Of a DNA stretch of 64,000 bases, positions 1 to 11,729 are shown piece after piece. The notes under the pieces are model-generated. The model ran no database searches. It had not been told where the DNA came from and saw only the letters and a list, made by a program, of their open reading frames with translations. Origin of the DNA: Octopus sinensis (Eukaryota); the NCBI RefSeq assembly GCF_006345805.1, contig NC_042998.1, forward strand, positions 139,004,001-139,068,000, read 5' to 3'. Each line of letters starts with the position of its first letter. The first letter of the stretch is position 1. Both the position numbers and the translations under genes were made by a program.

Positions 1-628
1 TGTGTCAATTTTCAGCTCGATCTGACCACTGGTGTGGCCGCCAACCTCTGACGTAGCAAAACGTGCACACAATTTTAACCCAAAGCCTCTTTTATATATA
101 TAGATAGCAGAGAAACCCAGTCTTGCTCGGGATTAAAATAGTTTATCATTGTTTTATTTGTTTCGGTATTATAACTCGATTTCATTCAGGTCTACACGGG
201 CCACACTTTAAAGATGAGGAATTTTTCCCTAGAAGGCATACCTTTCAATTGAGCAAACTCAAAGTTGCCATGCAAACTCACCAGGACTTTTAACATAGGT
301 GTGTAAATTTTCAACTGAATCCTACCATATTTACTAACACCTTTTCCTGTATAACTGCTTGTGAGACAACATCTGCCCTTTTCACAAATATGTAGTTGAC
401 CTACAGAGATACCTGACCCTACATGGATTAAAATAGCATAGTTTTTCATTGTTTTACTTGTTTGGTTAATATAAGCCGATTTCATTCGGGTATAATTGGG
501 CCACATTTTAAAAGATGAGGAATTTTGTCCTAGACGTCACGCCTTTCATTTGAGGAAAAAAATAGTTGCCATGCAAACTCGCCAGCACTTTTAACATAGG
601 TGTGCATATTTTCAGCTCAACCGACCAC
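1..628. repeat. Diverged ~300-bp-period modules (probably Helitron-like element parts)
   Basis: 130-327 is similar to 425-628; motif tgtg..attttca.ct.a...acca recurs at 1, 300 and 601. Confidence 0.7.
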
Positions 629-809
629 ATAATGCACATATATATATATATATATATATATATAGATACACATTAAATATATATATGTACATATATACGC
701 ATTATATATGTGTGTGTGTGTGTACGCATTATATATACAAATGTATACAAATTATATATATATATATATAAATACAGATACGAGAAAGAAGCAACAAGAA
801 TGGATTAGT

Positions 810-900
810 TTTTAGTACAATTGTTTCATACAAAGACAGGCTTTATTACAAGTTGCAAAAATTGCAGCAGATAAAAGTGTCCCGTACTCATCAGCTAAAA
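810..900 (-). ncRNA. Type I hammerhead ribozyme motif (mirror copy in left arm)
   Basis: Exact reverse complement of 1298-1388. Confidence 0.8.
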
Positions 901-1297
901 TACATATGAGTTCTCCAGACATCTTAGTGGGTGAGGTTATACTCATGAAATATTGGAGATAATTCCATTAAAGGCAGATATAGGTTGTAAACAGTTTTCC
1001 AAAGTTCCTTAATGATGATGCACAGTCTTATCACAGATTTTTAAAAACTTATTAGTTTCGAAGAGAAGATGAATTAATCCATAGTGTAGATTTAAATAAT
1101 GGATTAATTTACACTATGGATTAATTCATCTTCTCTTCGAAACTAATAAGTTTTTAAAAATCTGTGATAAGACTGTGCATCATCATTAAGGAACTTTGGA
1201 AAACTGTTTACAACCTATATCTGCCTTTAATGGAATTATCTCCAATATTTCATGAGTATAACCTCACCCACTAAGATGTCTGGAGAACTCATATGTA

Positions 1298-1388
1298 TTT
1301 TAGCTGATGAGTACGGGACACTTTTATCTGCTGCAATTTTTGCAACTTGTAATAAAGCCTGTCTTTGTATGAAACAATTGTACTAAAA
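1298..1388 (+). ncRNA. Type I hammerhead ribozyme motif, canonical core
   Basis: Stem I TTTTAG(1298-1303)/CTAAAA(1383-1388); core CTGATGA 1304-1310; stem II GTAC(1311-14)/GTAT(1367-70), extendable with GGGACA/TGTCTT; GAA 1371-73; self-complementary helix III ACAATTGT 1374-81; predicted cleavage after GUA at 1382. Confidence 0.8.
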
Positions 1389-1644
1389 ACTAATCCATTC
1401 TTGTTGCTTCTTTCTCGTTTATAATCACCCCACATTACTGTATGGTTAACACCATATAGTTTTTCTGGTGCATCTAAGTTAAGTACCACATTCAAGTAAA
1501 TTCATTGGAATTTACTTGAATCTTAATTGCTTTGATATAAATACAGATATATACACTTTGTATATATACATTATATATACATATTTATATATAGATACAG
1601 ACACACACACACATATATAAATTAACCTAATAAATATCTGGTTC

Positions 1645-2074
1645 ATAATATTTGTTCTCATGATTGGTGGTGGCGATAATAAAACTCTCTATGAATGCAG
1701 ACAGACGTCCAGAGAGAGAGGGGGGAGGCGGTGATAGAAAGAGTGACAGCGCTGGCAAAGGCGGCGGGGGAAAGATAGTAGTAGCTGTTAAACATTGTTA
1801 TAGAGAGAAAGTGATGGGAAGGGAGGAAACAGAGAGACGGAGGAAGACAGGCAGATAAGAGAATGAGAGAAGACTTGTCGAAGTGTGCGTTTTTTGCCCT
1901 AGTAACCACACCTTTTAAGATAGGGATTTCTAACCTAGCCCACTCACATCCTCACCTCATTTTACATGTCCCTGTAAATTTTGGAGTCAATCTGACGTGA
2001 TCTAGTGCCCTTTAACCCGTTCCAATGCCAAAACCAGACAAACAAACAAACTTTCTCATTTCAGATTTATAGAT
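1645..2074 (-). mobile_element. Probable Helitron-like non-autonomous element
   Basis: GC-richer body with (AAAC)n near an end reading ...ttcagatttatagat; similar terminus to position ~105. Confidence 0.4.
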
Positions 2075-5000
2075 ATTGATATGTGTGTATATATGTAGTT
2101 GTGTGCCTGTGTTTGCCCCACCATCATTGCTTGAAAAGTCCTGGGGTTGATGTATTCGACCAAAGGTGGTGCTCCAGCATGGCTGCCGTCAAATGACTGA
2201 AACAAGTAAAAAAGTAATAATCACCATCATGCAAGTAGTGTTCTTCATTTTCTAATATTACACGAGAATATGTTCAGCATGACATCTTTAGCAAATCTTC
2301 TACTACTATAGAATTAGGCCTTGTGAATTGATTTGGTTGATGGAAACTGAAAGAAGCCTATTGTGTGTGTGTTTGCATCTCTTTGTGTTGATTTGACATC
2401 ATAGGGAAATATTGTTTTGGTTGGTGACAGGAGGGACATCTAGCTATAGAAAATCTACCTCTATGAATTCTGTCTGATCCATGCAAGCATAGAAAAGTGG
2501 GGCATTAAAATGATGATATATACCTTCATTTATACACACATAATTTACTACAAATATTTGAATTTTTGAAAACTTCATATAAGCATGTGAAGTAACTGTA
2601 ATGAACAATATCGAAAAGCTGTTACCGTATCATTATTATTTACCAGTAAATATATTTACATACAAGTCAATAACTGTAAACAGCTTTTCTTTTTGAGAGT
2701 GATACAATTATTCATTCATTCAAAATAGATTTTTTGACAGTATGTAATTGATGAAATCAAACCATAAAACTGCTTTATTGATTTTAAAATGGAACATGTG
2801 AAAGAAGTAAAACTGAGGAAGCTGGGATGAAGTGGTGAAGTAGTGAAGATTGATTTTGAAGAGGTTACATCTAGTGAAGGAAATGATAAAGGAACAGGTC
2901 AGCTGATTGTATATAGTGCAAGAGAGGACATGCCTACCCATGCAGAAATGGTGAAATAAAAATGAATAGAAATGGAGGCTGCGATGCTTTGTATGTGTAT
3001 GTGGCTCTGTGGTTAAGAAGCTTACTTTGAAAACTGTGTGGTTTTGGATTCAGTCCCACTGCACAGCACCTTGGGCAAGTGCCTTCTACCACAGCCCTAG
3101 ACTGACCAAAGTCTATGAGTGAATTTGGTAGATGGACTGTAGAAATCCATCATACACATGTGTTTGTGACACCTGCCACTGGTTGACAGCTAGTTTTGGT
3201 TTGTCTACTTTTCTATAACTTAGTGATCTGACAAAAAGAAAGAACAATAGATTAAGAGCCAGACTTAAAAATAAGTACTGGGGTCAATTTGTTTGACTAA
3301 AACCTTTCATTGTGGTGCCCCAGTATGACTGCTGTCCAATGACTGAAACAAGTCAAAGATTAAAGATGTATGTAATGCCTTATGAGTGTAATTCATTGTG
3401 TAGAAAACCATTGCATGTGTGTGTGTTTATCTACATATATACTTGAATGTTGACACTACTGCTTCACTTGTCACCGTCTGGATAAAATAGTGATGTGATG
3501 TTTACATTTCCTCTTCACATTACAACTAGTTGCTCTGCACTCTCGAAGTCTAGTAGAATGAAAAAAAACATCTCTGACATTGTTATTGAGTAAGGGTTGG
3601 CAACCAAATGTTATCTGGTCATAAAATGCTGCCTCAAATAACAGCCATTTATAAATGGAGATTTATAACATATGAGTGTATGTGTGATCATCATCATCAT
3701 CATTTAAAATCTACTTTCCCATGCTTGCATGGGTCAGACAGAGTTTGTTAAGATAGATTATTTATGACTACGTACTCCCTCCTGTCACCAATCCTCACCT
3801 GTTTCCAAGTAAGGTAGTATTTCCCCATAGCTAGATAGGCTTTCCATACAAGACTGGAAACTAACAACCTTGCTTGTATGGTGCTGATGCTTATTTACAA
3901 CCATCACAAGATGTTCAGACAAGGGTACATTCATGCACACATGCAACGGGTGTGTGTGTGTGCACACCTTTATATGTCTGTGTATGTATACATATATTTA
4001 TATATAGGCAAGCTGGCAGAATTGTTAGTATGCCAGGCAAAAGGCTTAGCATTATTTCATTTGTCACAATGTTCTGAGTTCAAATTCCACCAAGGTCAAT
4101 TTAGCCTTTCATCTTTTTTGGGGGGTCAATAAAATAGTACCGGTTGAGCACTAAGGTTGATATAATCAACTTGACTGCTTGTGGGTATGTGTTAAAAAAC
4201 AAAAAAAAACTGCACCTGTTTGTCAAACCATGTAGAGCCAGTGTGGCAGAGTAGGCTCATGAAACTAGTATGATCTCAAGCTCAAATTAACATCAGACTA
4301 TGGTTGGCGGAGAGAACATGCTGAAGTCCTTATCCTATAGTGGACTGAACATGGGCAATCCTCTCCATATAAACACATAACAGGTATCTTTCAGTTTCCA
4401 TCTATCAATTCCACTTACAAGGCTTTGCCTGAGGCTATAGTAGAAGACACTTGTCCAAGTGCCATGTAGTGAGACTAAACCTGAAACTTCATGGTTGGGA
4501 AGCAAGATTCTTAACCATACAGTCATACCTGTGCCCTGTGTATATGTATATCTTACTGAGCCTAGTTTCACTTCCTCCCACATTCCAATCACTCTATTTT
4601 TAACCATTCACCCATCCTTCCTGGTACTTTTGTCATTATTCTCTCTTCCTCAGCCATGTAGCCCTAACTGAGTGACCATATCACAAAGGAGTGACGACTT
4701 AGTGATTTTATAATATACAAGGCAACCCTGCTATTGTTGGTAGTATAAAATTCACCCAGAGTACTTTGTAAAAGTGGTTGACAAGTGAGCAAAGATGTGA
4801 GGTTATGAATACCCTTAAGTGTTGTTGTGATTCTGAAACCTCTTTAAAGCTGGTGCCACAACATAGTACAATAGCATAATATCTAAAATACACCTGGTAC
4901 AGTCTGTAAGGGGTTAGTATTAGGTAGAGCCTTGAGCTGTAGAAACCAAAGTAAATATGAAACATGAGTGAGTAATCTTCCAGCCTGCTAAGAAGGACAG

Positions 5001-5100
5001 AAAATCTGAATAAGAACTGTCTCAAATTGCAATGACCTATCCAACCCATGACAGCATGGGAAGCAGATATAAAAGAATGGTGGTGATGATGATAATATAT

Positions 5101-5137
<37 letters not shown>

Positions 5138-5657
5138 AAGCTGAGAATGTGTCTGTCTGTATGTGTGCATCACTAAAACTCGAGAACTACCCAACTGATT
5201 TCATTCAAATTCTACACATGCCTTACTTAGGATTCATGTAGTGTCATGGGACCAAAAAATTTTCAACTTCCCTAATGCAAGCCCAGTGCAATCTCTTATC
5301 TCCTACACTGTTTCTGTATTACGTGTCAAAAGTGAAACAATAATATCTTTATTAATACTTGACTATTATATGGTTTCAGTTTCAATTACTTTCATTATGT
5401 ATCTATTTATATTAGTTTCATTTCTATTACTTTCAATATGTATTTATGTACATATTTATGTATGTATGTTTGTGTATAGCTTCAGCTATCTAGGTGACCA
5501 AGTCTGTAGTGAGGGTGGATGCTCAGAATAAGAATAGCCTGGGCAAAGTTCTGAAAGCTCCTACCTCTACTGGTGGTAAAAGGTAGACTGTATGATGCAT
5601 GTGTGCAAACAGCATATTATACACACATACATATGTGTGTATATATATGTGTAGGCT

Positions 5658-6381
5658 TGAAAGAAATTAAGCTAGTATGATCCGCTGGATGTGTAATGTC
5701 AGTGTGCACACAGGACAGAATGTAAGTGCCCTGAGTGAAATGTTGGACATAAGAAGCAACAGATGTGATGTGCAAGAGAGACGACTATGCTGGTATGGTA
5801 ATGTGCTGCATATGGATGAAGAGAGTTGTGTGAAGTGTCACTCCTAACAATGGAGGGATTCCATGGAAGAGGGAGACTCTGGAAGACATGGGATGAGGTG
5901 GTGAAGCAACACCCTTGAACATTAGGCCTAACAGAGAGAATAACAAAAGACCAAGACCTCTGGAGATATGCTATGATTGAGAAGACCCGGCAGGTAAAGT
6001 GAGATCACAGCCATAGCCTACACCACTGTTGCATAACTAGCCCATTTAAAAAGTACCTTTGAATTGTTGGGCAACTTGCCATGCTCGAGGAAAACTATTG
6101 AATCAAGTAAAATCAAAATGAAATCAAATCAAATCAGATCACATGAAAATTGTAGTTGTGGCTGATCCCAGCGCTGCCTTACTGGCTGCCATGCCAGTGG
6201 CACATATGTCGCTCACTACACTCTCGGAGTGGTTGTCATTAGGAAGGGCATCCAGCTGTAGAAACATTGCCAGATCAGATTGGAGCCAGGTGCAGCCTCC
6301 AGGCTTACCAGTCCCCACTCAAACCGTCCAACCCATGCCAGCATGGAAAACTGACATTAAACAATGATGATGATGATGATG
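5658..6381 (+). mobile_element. RTE-clade LINE 3' fragment with 3' UTR and (GAT)n tail
   Basis: Decayed ASMIRWMCNVSV..RRLCWYGNVLHMDE..WDEVVK, followed by gagtggttg..aggaagggcatccagctgtagaaac and (GAT)n. Confidence 0.85.
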
Positions 6382-6384
6382 ATC

Positions 6385-6395
6385 TTTGTATATAC

Positions 6396-6429
<34 letters not shown>

Positions 6430-6982
6430 CTTTGTGTGTATATATATTTATATCTTTCCATATGCGTGTGAGTGTATATATATCTATATATATGTATATA
6501 TACATGTGTGTATATATATATATGTATATATATAGATATCTATTGATAGATTATATATATATATGTGTATAGATGTATGTATATCTATGTATATGTATAG
6601 ATATCTATATGTATATATATATATATATATGTATATATCTATATATATATAGTCTAATGAAATGAAGTTGTTGCTTAGCTGTTATTTTTCTCAAGCAACA
6701 AGTAACGGCTTTCCTCAGAGTTTTGGTAGCTTGGCTCAAGCTTTCGGAATTACGGAGATGTACTTGCATAGCGAGTGACATGATCTGAGATCGTGTGCTG
6801 GAACGAAAACAATTGCAGCATGGAAGGTGTTTATAAGCTATTTAAGAAACACACAAAACTGTTAGATTCACTTCAGCATTTAAATTTAATTTGTCAAAAT
6901 ATTTTCCTCGCTTTGAGACTGCGACCTGTTCACTGACAAAAGTTTTGTGATGCAGCACGAAGCTTTGTTATATATGTATATA

Positions 6983-7062
<80 letters not shown>

Positions 7063-7169
7063 GTGTATGTGTGTGTTGTGTGTATATATATATATAAAGT
7101 TAATCCAAACAAGAAAACACAAAAAAACACAACGCGAGGTCGTGGAACAAATATAGTATTATATATATA

Positions 7170-7201
<32 letters not shown>

Positions 7202-7215
7202 GTATGTATGTATGT
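6385..7215. repeat. Compound (AT)n/(GT)n microsatellite field
   Basis: Visible directly. Other long (AT)n tracts at ~635, 7705, 8615, 8795, 9497, 18535, 20733, 31727, 42173, 49410 (followed by (AG)n to 49503) and 53028. Confidence 0.95.
6890..6940 (-). ncRNA. Variant minimal hammerhead motif (G3-C8 core) in a probable Penelope-like fragment (~6650-6965)
   Basis: Minus strand TTTGTCA-GTGAACA-G-GTCGC(AGTCTCAAA)GCGAG-GAA-AATATT-T-TGACAAA: 7-bp stem I, palindromic helix III, stem II TCGC/GCGA with a G.G mismatch at its base. Confidence 0.5.
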
Positions 7216-7479
7216 ATGCCTTGTGAGTGAATTTCGTATATGGAAACTGAAAGAAGACTGTCACACATATGTGTATATTTGTATGTGTTTGTACCCACAT
7301 TATTGCTTGACCACAAATGTTGCTGTGTTCGCGTTTACATAACTTGGCGGTTCAGCAAAGAAACTGATAGAATAAGTACTAGGCTTACAAAGAATAATTC
7401 ATGTGGTCAATGTTTTTGACCAGAGGTGGTGCTCTAGCATGGTCGCAGTCACATGACTGAAACAAGTATAACAATAGAA

Positions 7480-7698
7480 AAAACTAAACCATTTTAATCC
7501 CGAGCAAGGCTAGGTTCGCCATGATAGATCACTAGCCACTAAATTTTTTCTCTCCCTGTTTATTTCTGTGTTCCTTTCTGTTGAAGAGCCTAGGCTCGAA
7601 ACGTAAAGGCTTTCTCACTTCTCGAGCGTTTAACTAATATATCTGTTTGTTGTTTACATGCCCGTCTTCGTCTTGTTTTTTTTTCTTTTTGTAAATTC

Positions 7699-7705
<7 letters not shown>
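7480..7705 (+). mobile_element. Probable Penelope-like 3'-end fragment with degenerate hammerhead-like motif (7573-7610)
   Basis: TTGAAGA-GCCTAGGCTC-GAA-ACGT-A followed by a T-rich stretch running into (TA)n. Stem I is poorly formed. Confidence 0.4.
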
Positions 7706-7750
<45 letters not shown>

Positions 7751-8609
7751 TATACATGCATGCATGTATACATACATGTCATTGACAAGAGCCAAAAAGC
7801 TTGAAACATCAATTTATGAGATTCCTAATAGATGGCTTCACTGAATGAACCAGATGTTTCCACTCCCTTTTACCATAAGAGAGATGCTTCGACTAACCCA
7901 AATTCTGCTCATATATATATGTATATTTATAGTTTTATTTTAATCTGTAATTATTAGTTTTCAAATTCTTATTAAAAGTATGATTACATTTTGCTTATCA
8001 TTGTTCTTTGGTCAGCGTCTGATATATCTTGCTTTGGTAATCATTGGAGAACATTAGCCTCTCACTTTTCTAATTGAATCTAGTTGCATAAATTCAGTTT
8101 ATGGCAACACCATGACCTTGTATCTTAAATATTATGTCATTTTATTGTGCCATATGAGTGAGTTAATTCTTATTGCTGTCACTGTTCCAAATGCTGGATT
8201 AACCCAAGTGATTGATGGCTACACTAGTGACAGTATTAATTAGAAAAACACACTTCATCAATAACTGTATATTTATGATCTATCTGGCCTTTGTAGTTAG
8301 TAGTTTTTAATTTGTGGTTCATCAGTTGGCCATCATGAATTGTTACACCACCAGATACATATACCTAGTCACACACACCCACAGATTGCAGCGAAAAATG
8401 TCAAGATTGATATTGAGCTGGTTTAAAGATCAGCATCAGCTGTGCAAATATGTCTGAAGCGAATTCAATATTTTTGTAGCAGCTGCCCTGTGATAACATT
8501 GTTTACTCACACACACGTGTGTGTGAGTTTATATTTATTTGCTCTGAAGCTATGTGACTCAAGCACCAAGAGTTTCATGCATAGCACTTATCAAACTGTA
8601 GTGTATGTT

Positions 8610-8660
<51 letters not shown>

Positions 8661-8790
8661 CACTTTGGCAAAGGTGAGCAAGCCAAAACTTCAAAGCCTC
8701 TTAATGTACATGTTCTCTACTAAAGAGAATTGAGTAATCATTCAGTTTAATGTTAAATTGTTTTTATATATAACTTAACATAAAAACTTC

Positions 8791-8859
<69 letters not shown>

Positions 8860-9493
8860 TGCATACACTCATACATACACACACACACATGTGTGTTTAT
8901 TTTCAGTTAGAATCATTATTATGATCTACTGCTTTTTCTCCTTCCTTTTTCCTCACTATCAGTCATCTCCTACTCTCATCCACCTCCCTCCATCTTATAT
9001 GCATCATCGATATCTCCTCCCTTTTTGCCATTCACTAGATTCACTGGTCAAGCCAATCCAATTTTTATTGTTGTCACCTAACTTTTCCCTACTTATCATC
9101 TTTCAATACTTGTTCTTCATTGTATTCATCCTGTCATCTAACCTTTGACCATCCCTCACTTTCCCATACACTCTTGCATCCTCTCCCCACCCTCAGCCCC
9201 TGTTCTGTCCCCATTCACTCCTCCTCAGCTTGTGACCTGAAAGTACACCCTTGAACCTCACCACCTCTATTTTATCTCTTTCCAGCCTCCACCCCAGCCA
9301 TTCCCATTCTCTCTCTTCTATAATGTTAGTAATCATGCAACTCCTTTACAACAAAAAATCTGCTCTGTTTTGGCATCTCTCATTTTAAACCTCTTATCTG
9401 GCATACAGTTGTCTCCCTCTTTACTGTTGTCCCACTCAACTAAAGGGCTTCTTAGTCTTGCAAGTTACATGGCAATCTCACTAGTATTGGTGG

Positions 9494-9538
<45 letters not shown>

Positions 9539-9704
9539 ATTTATTCACTGCATGCTTAAAGTGGTTGGCATTAGGAAGAGCATCCAGCTGAATAAACCAT
9601 ATTAAAGTAGACATTGGAGCACAATGCAGACCTCAGGTCCATGGATTCTGTCAAGCTGTCCAACATTAAATTATGATGATGGTGATGATGACATATATAT
9701 ATAT

Positions 9705-10430
9705 ATATATCATTATCATCATTTAACATCCGTTATCCTTGCTGGCATGGGTTGGACAATTTGACTGGACTGGTACGCTGGAAAGCTGCACCATGGTTTT
9801 CTACAGCTAAATGCACTTCCTAATGCCAACCACTCCAAGAGTGTAACAGGTGCTTTTACGTGTCAATTCATGACACTGGGGTGCACTTACATGCCACCAG
9901 CATGGGTGCCAATTTGCATGACACCGGTATCTACCATGACTGTGATTTTTCTCGGCTTGATGGGTCTTCTTCTCAATGCCAAAGGTCTTAGTCATTGACT
10001 CTGTGAGGCCCAACATTAGAAAGGAACTCAGCCATTTTGTCTCTGTGAGGCCCAACGTTCAAAAGATGTTCTTTATGTGCCACCAGCACAGGTGCACTTC
10101 ACTTGACAGGTCCTCTCTAGCACAGCATATCACTAAAGGTCTCGGTCACCAGTCATTGCTTCTGTGAGGCTCAAAGTTCCGAAGATCATCCTTCAACACC
10201 TTGTCCCATGTCTTCCTGGGTCTACTTCTACCACAGGTTCCTTCCACAGTTAGAGATCGGTACTTCTTTACACAGCTTTCCTCGTCTATATGCATCACAT
10301 GTCCTCGGCTGTCATAGCCCATGTGTCATTGTCATGCAGCATAGCTGTTCGCACACAGGTATCAAGCAATCTGCCTTTGACTCTGAGAGAGGCCCTTCGT
10401 TACCAGCAGGCACAGGAGCTCTTGAATATA
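9705..10430 (-). mobile_element. RTE-clade LINE 3' fragment with tail
   Basis: Contains several copies of ctctgtgaggcccaac (LGLTE-coding segment), the shared tail and a (CAT)n end. Confidence 0.8.
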
Positions 10431-11729
10431 TACATATATATATATATATATAATATATATATATATTCATTTCATTTATTTATTTTTTTCCATGCCAGCA
10501 TCTGTTATTTGAAACTGTGTTTTTTACAGTTGGGTGTTTTTTTTTTTGTGTGTTGCCAACCCTTCCTTGCTTTCAGGTAAAAGATTCTTCATTACACAGG
10601 TCTCTGAAAGCACAGTGACCAGACCTAACATCAGCAAGGAATGTAAACATCATGTCACCAGTAGTGACAAACAAAGCTGTGGAATGTCAGTGTTCATGTG
10701 TATTTGCATGCATACACACTCATCATCATCATCATTTAATGTCCATTGTCCATGCTGGCATGGGTTGCATGATTTAGCCAGGACTGGTAAACTGAGCGGC
10801 TGCACCAGACTTTAGTCTGATTTTTACAGTTGGATGTCCTTCCTAATGCCATTGAATACACACACACACACACGCACGCATGCACGCGCGCGACATGCTT
10901 CCTACATTTTCCATCTCCCAAATTCACTCACAAGGCATTGGTTGGCCCTGTTGTAAGATTCACTTGCTTTGCACAATGGAACTGGGCCTAAAATCACTTG
11001 GTTGCAAAACCATCCATCAATGTAGGCCTAATGAAAGGTTGGAAAGGACAGATTGTGAGGGTACTGGAGCAGAAATGTTTTAATGTGTGCTGTCAGCAAG
11101 AAGGGAACCTCAACCAAATTGCTTACAGACTATGAACAATGGTATAATGTTGTGGGTGGAGTAAGTATACTGTTAGCAGAGAAATGGATATGCAAAGTAA
11201 TTGAGTTAGTCAAAGTGTGCAGCTGGATAATTTTTGTAATTTTGTACAAAGATTGATATTGGTAAATTCTTGCAGATACCAGCATCAATTTTTATTGATG
11301 TATTTCTTGGTTAAAGTAGCATATTTGTAACCTAATTAATTTTCTATACAGCAGAGATGATCACATATTGCAGGAAAAAAAATTGTTTTTCATCAACACT
11401 AAACTGCATTAACAAAAGAAAGCATAAAACTTTCTTGAGTATGTTTTACACATATGATGCTAAAGTGATGAAAATACTACATTTTTGCATGTGAATAGAT
11501 GGTTACCTCAAAGGTTCATGTAATAATTGTAAAGATATGTGACATATTTTCTAACAGTTTTCTGGCAATCAATCAAATGTCTGTGACAATTATATTTGTA
11601 TCCTTATAAGTATTTTTTACCTATATATTACCATTCTGCTTCCTTTTTCTGTTGTTTAAACAATTGGCTACATGGAACTTGGAGTTTAAAACATGTTACT
11701 TTGATTGTAAATCAGACATTCACTGATCC

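Larger units (their letters stand above)
781..1534. mobile_element. Penelope-like retroelement fragment in inverted (fold-back) arrangement, with 15-bp TSD
   Basis: Arms 781-1088 and 1110-1417 are reverse complements with no mismatch found by eye; spacer is 21 nt. The right copy extends to 1534. ATATAAATACAGATA occurs at 766-780 and 1535-1549. Each arm contains a hammerhead motif. The PLE assignment is inferred from the HHR plus inverted structure. Confidence 0.75.

Noticed and set aside
1289-1495. 68-aa ORF within the fold-back
   Set aside because: No RT or GIY-YIG motifs; it overlaps the ribozyme on the antisense strand.
2741-2959. Protein-like frame YVIDEIKP*NCFIDFKMEHVKEVKLRKLG*SGEVVKIDFEEV... 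with an in-frame TGA (selenocysteine idea)
   Set aside because: It also contains a TAA, no family is recognisable, no SECIS is evident, and two stops in 72 codons is weak evidence of coding.
6680-6722. CTGAGGA on the minus strand as a possible further hammerhead
   Set aside because: No properly placed GAAA, helix III or stem I could be built.
6267-7316. YI-, HT- and CV-rich ORFs here and throughout the ORF track
   Set aside because: Translations of (AT)n/(CA)n microsatellites.
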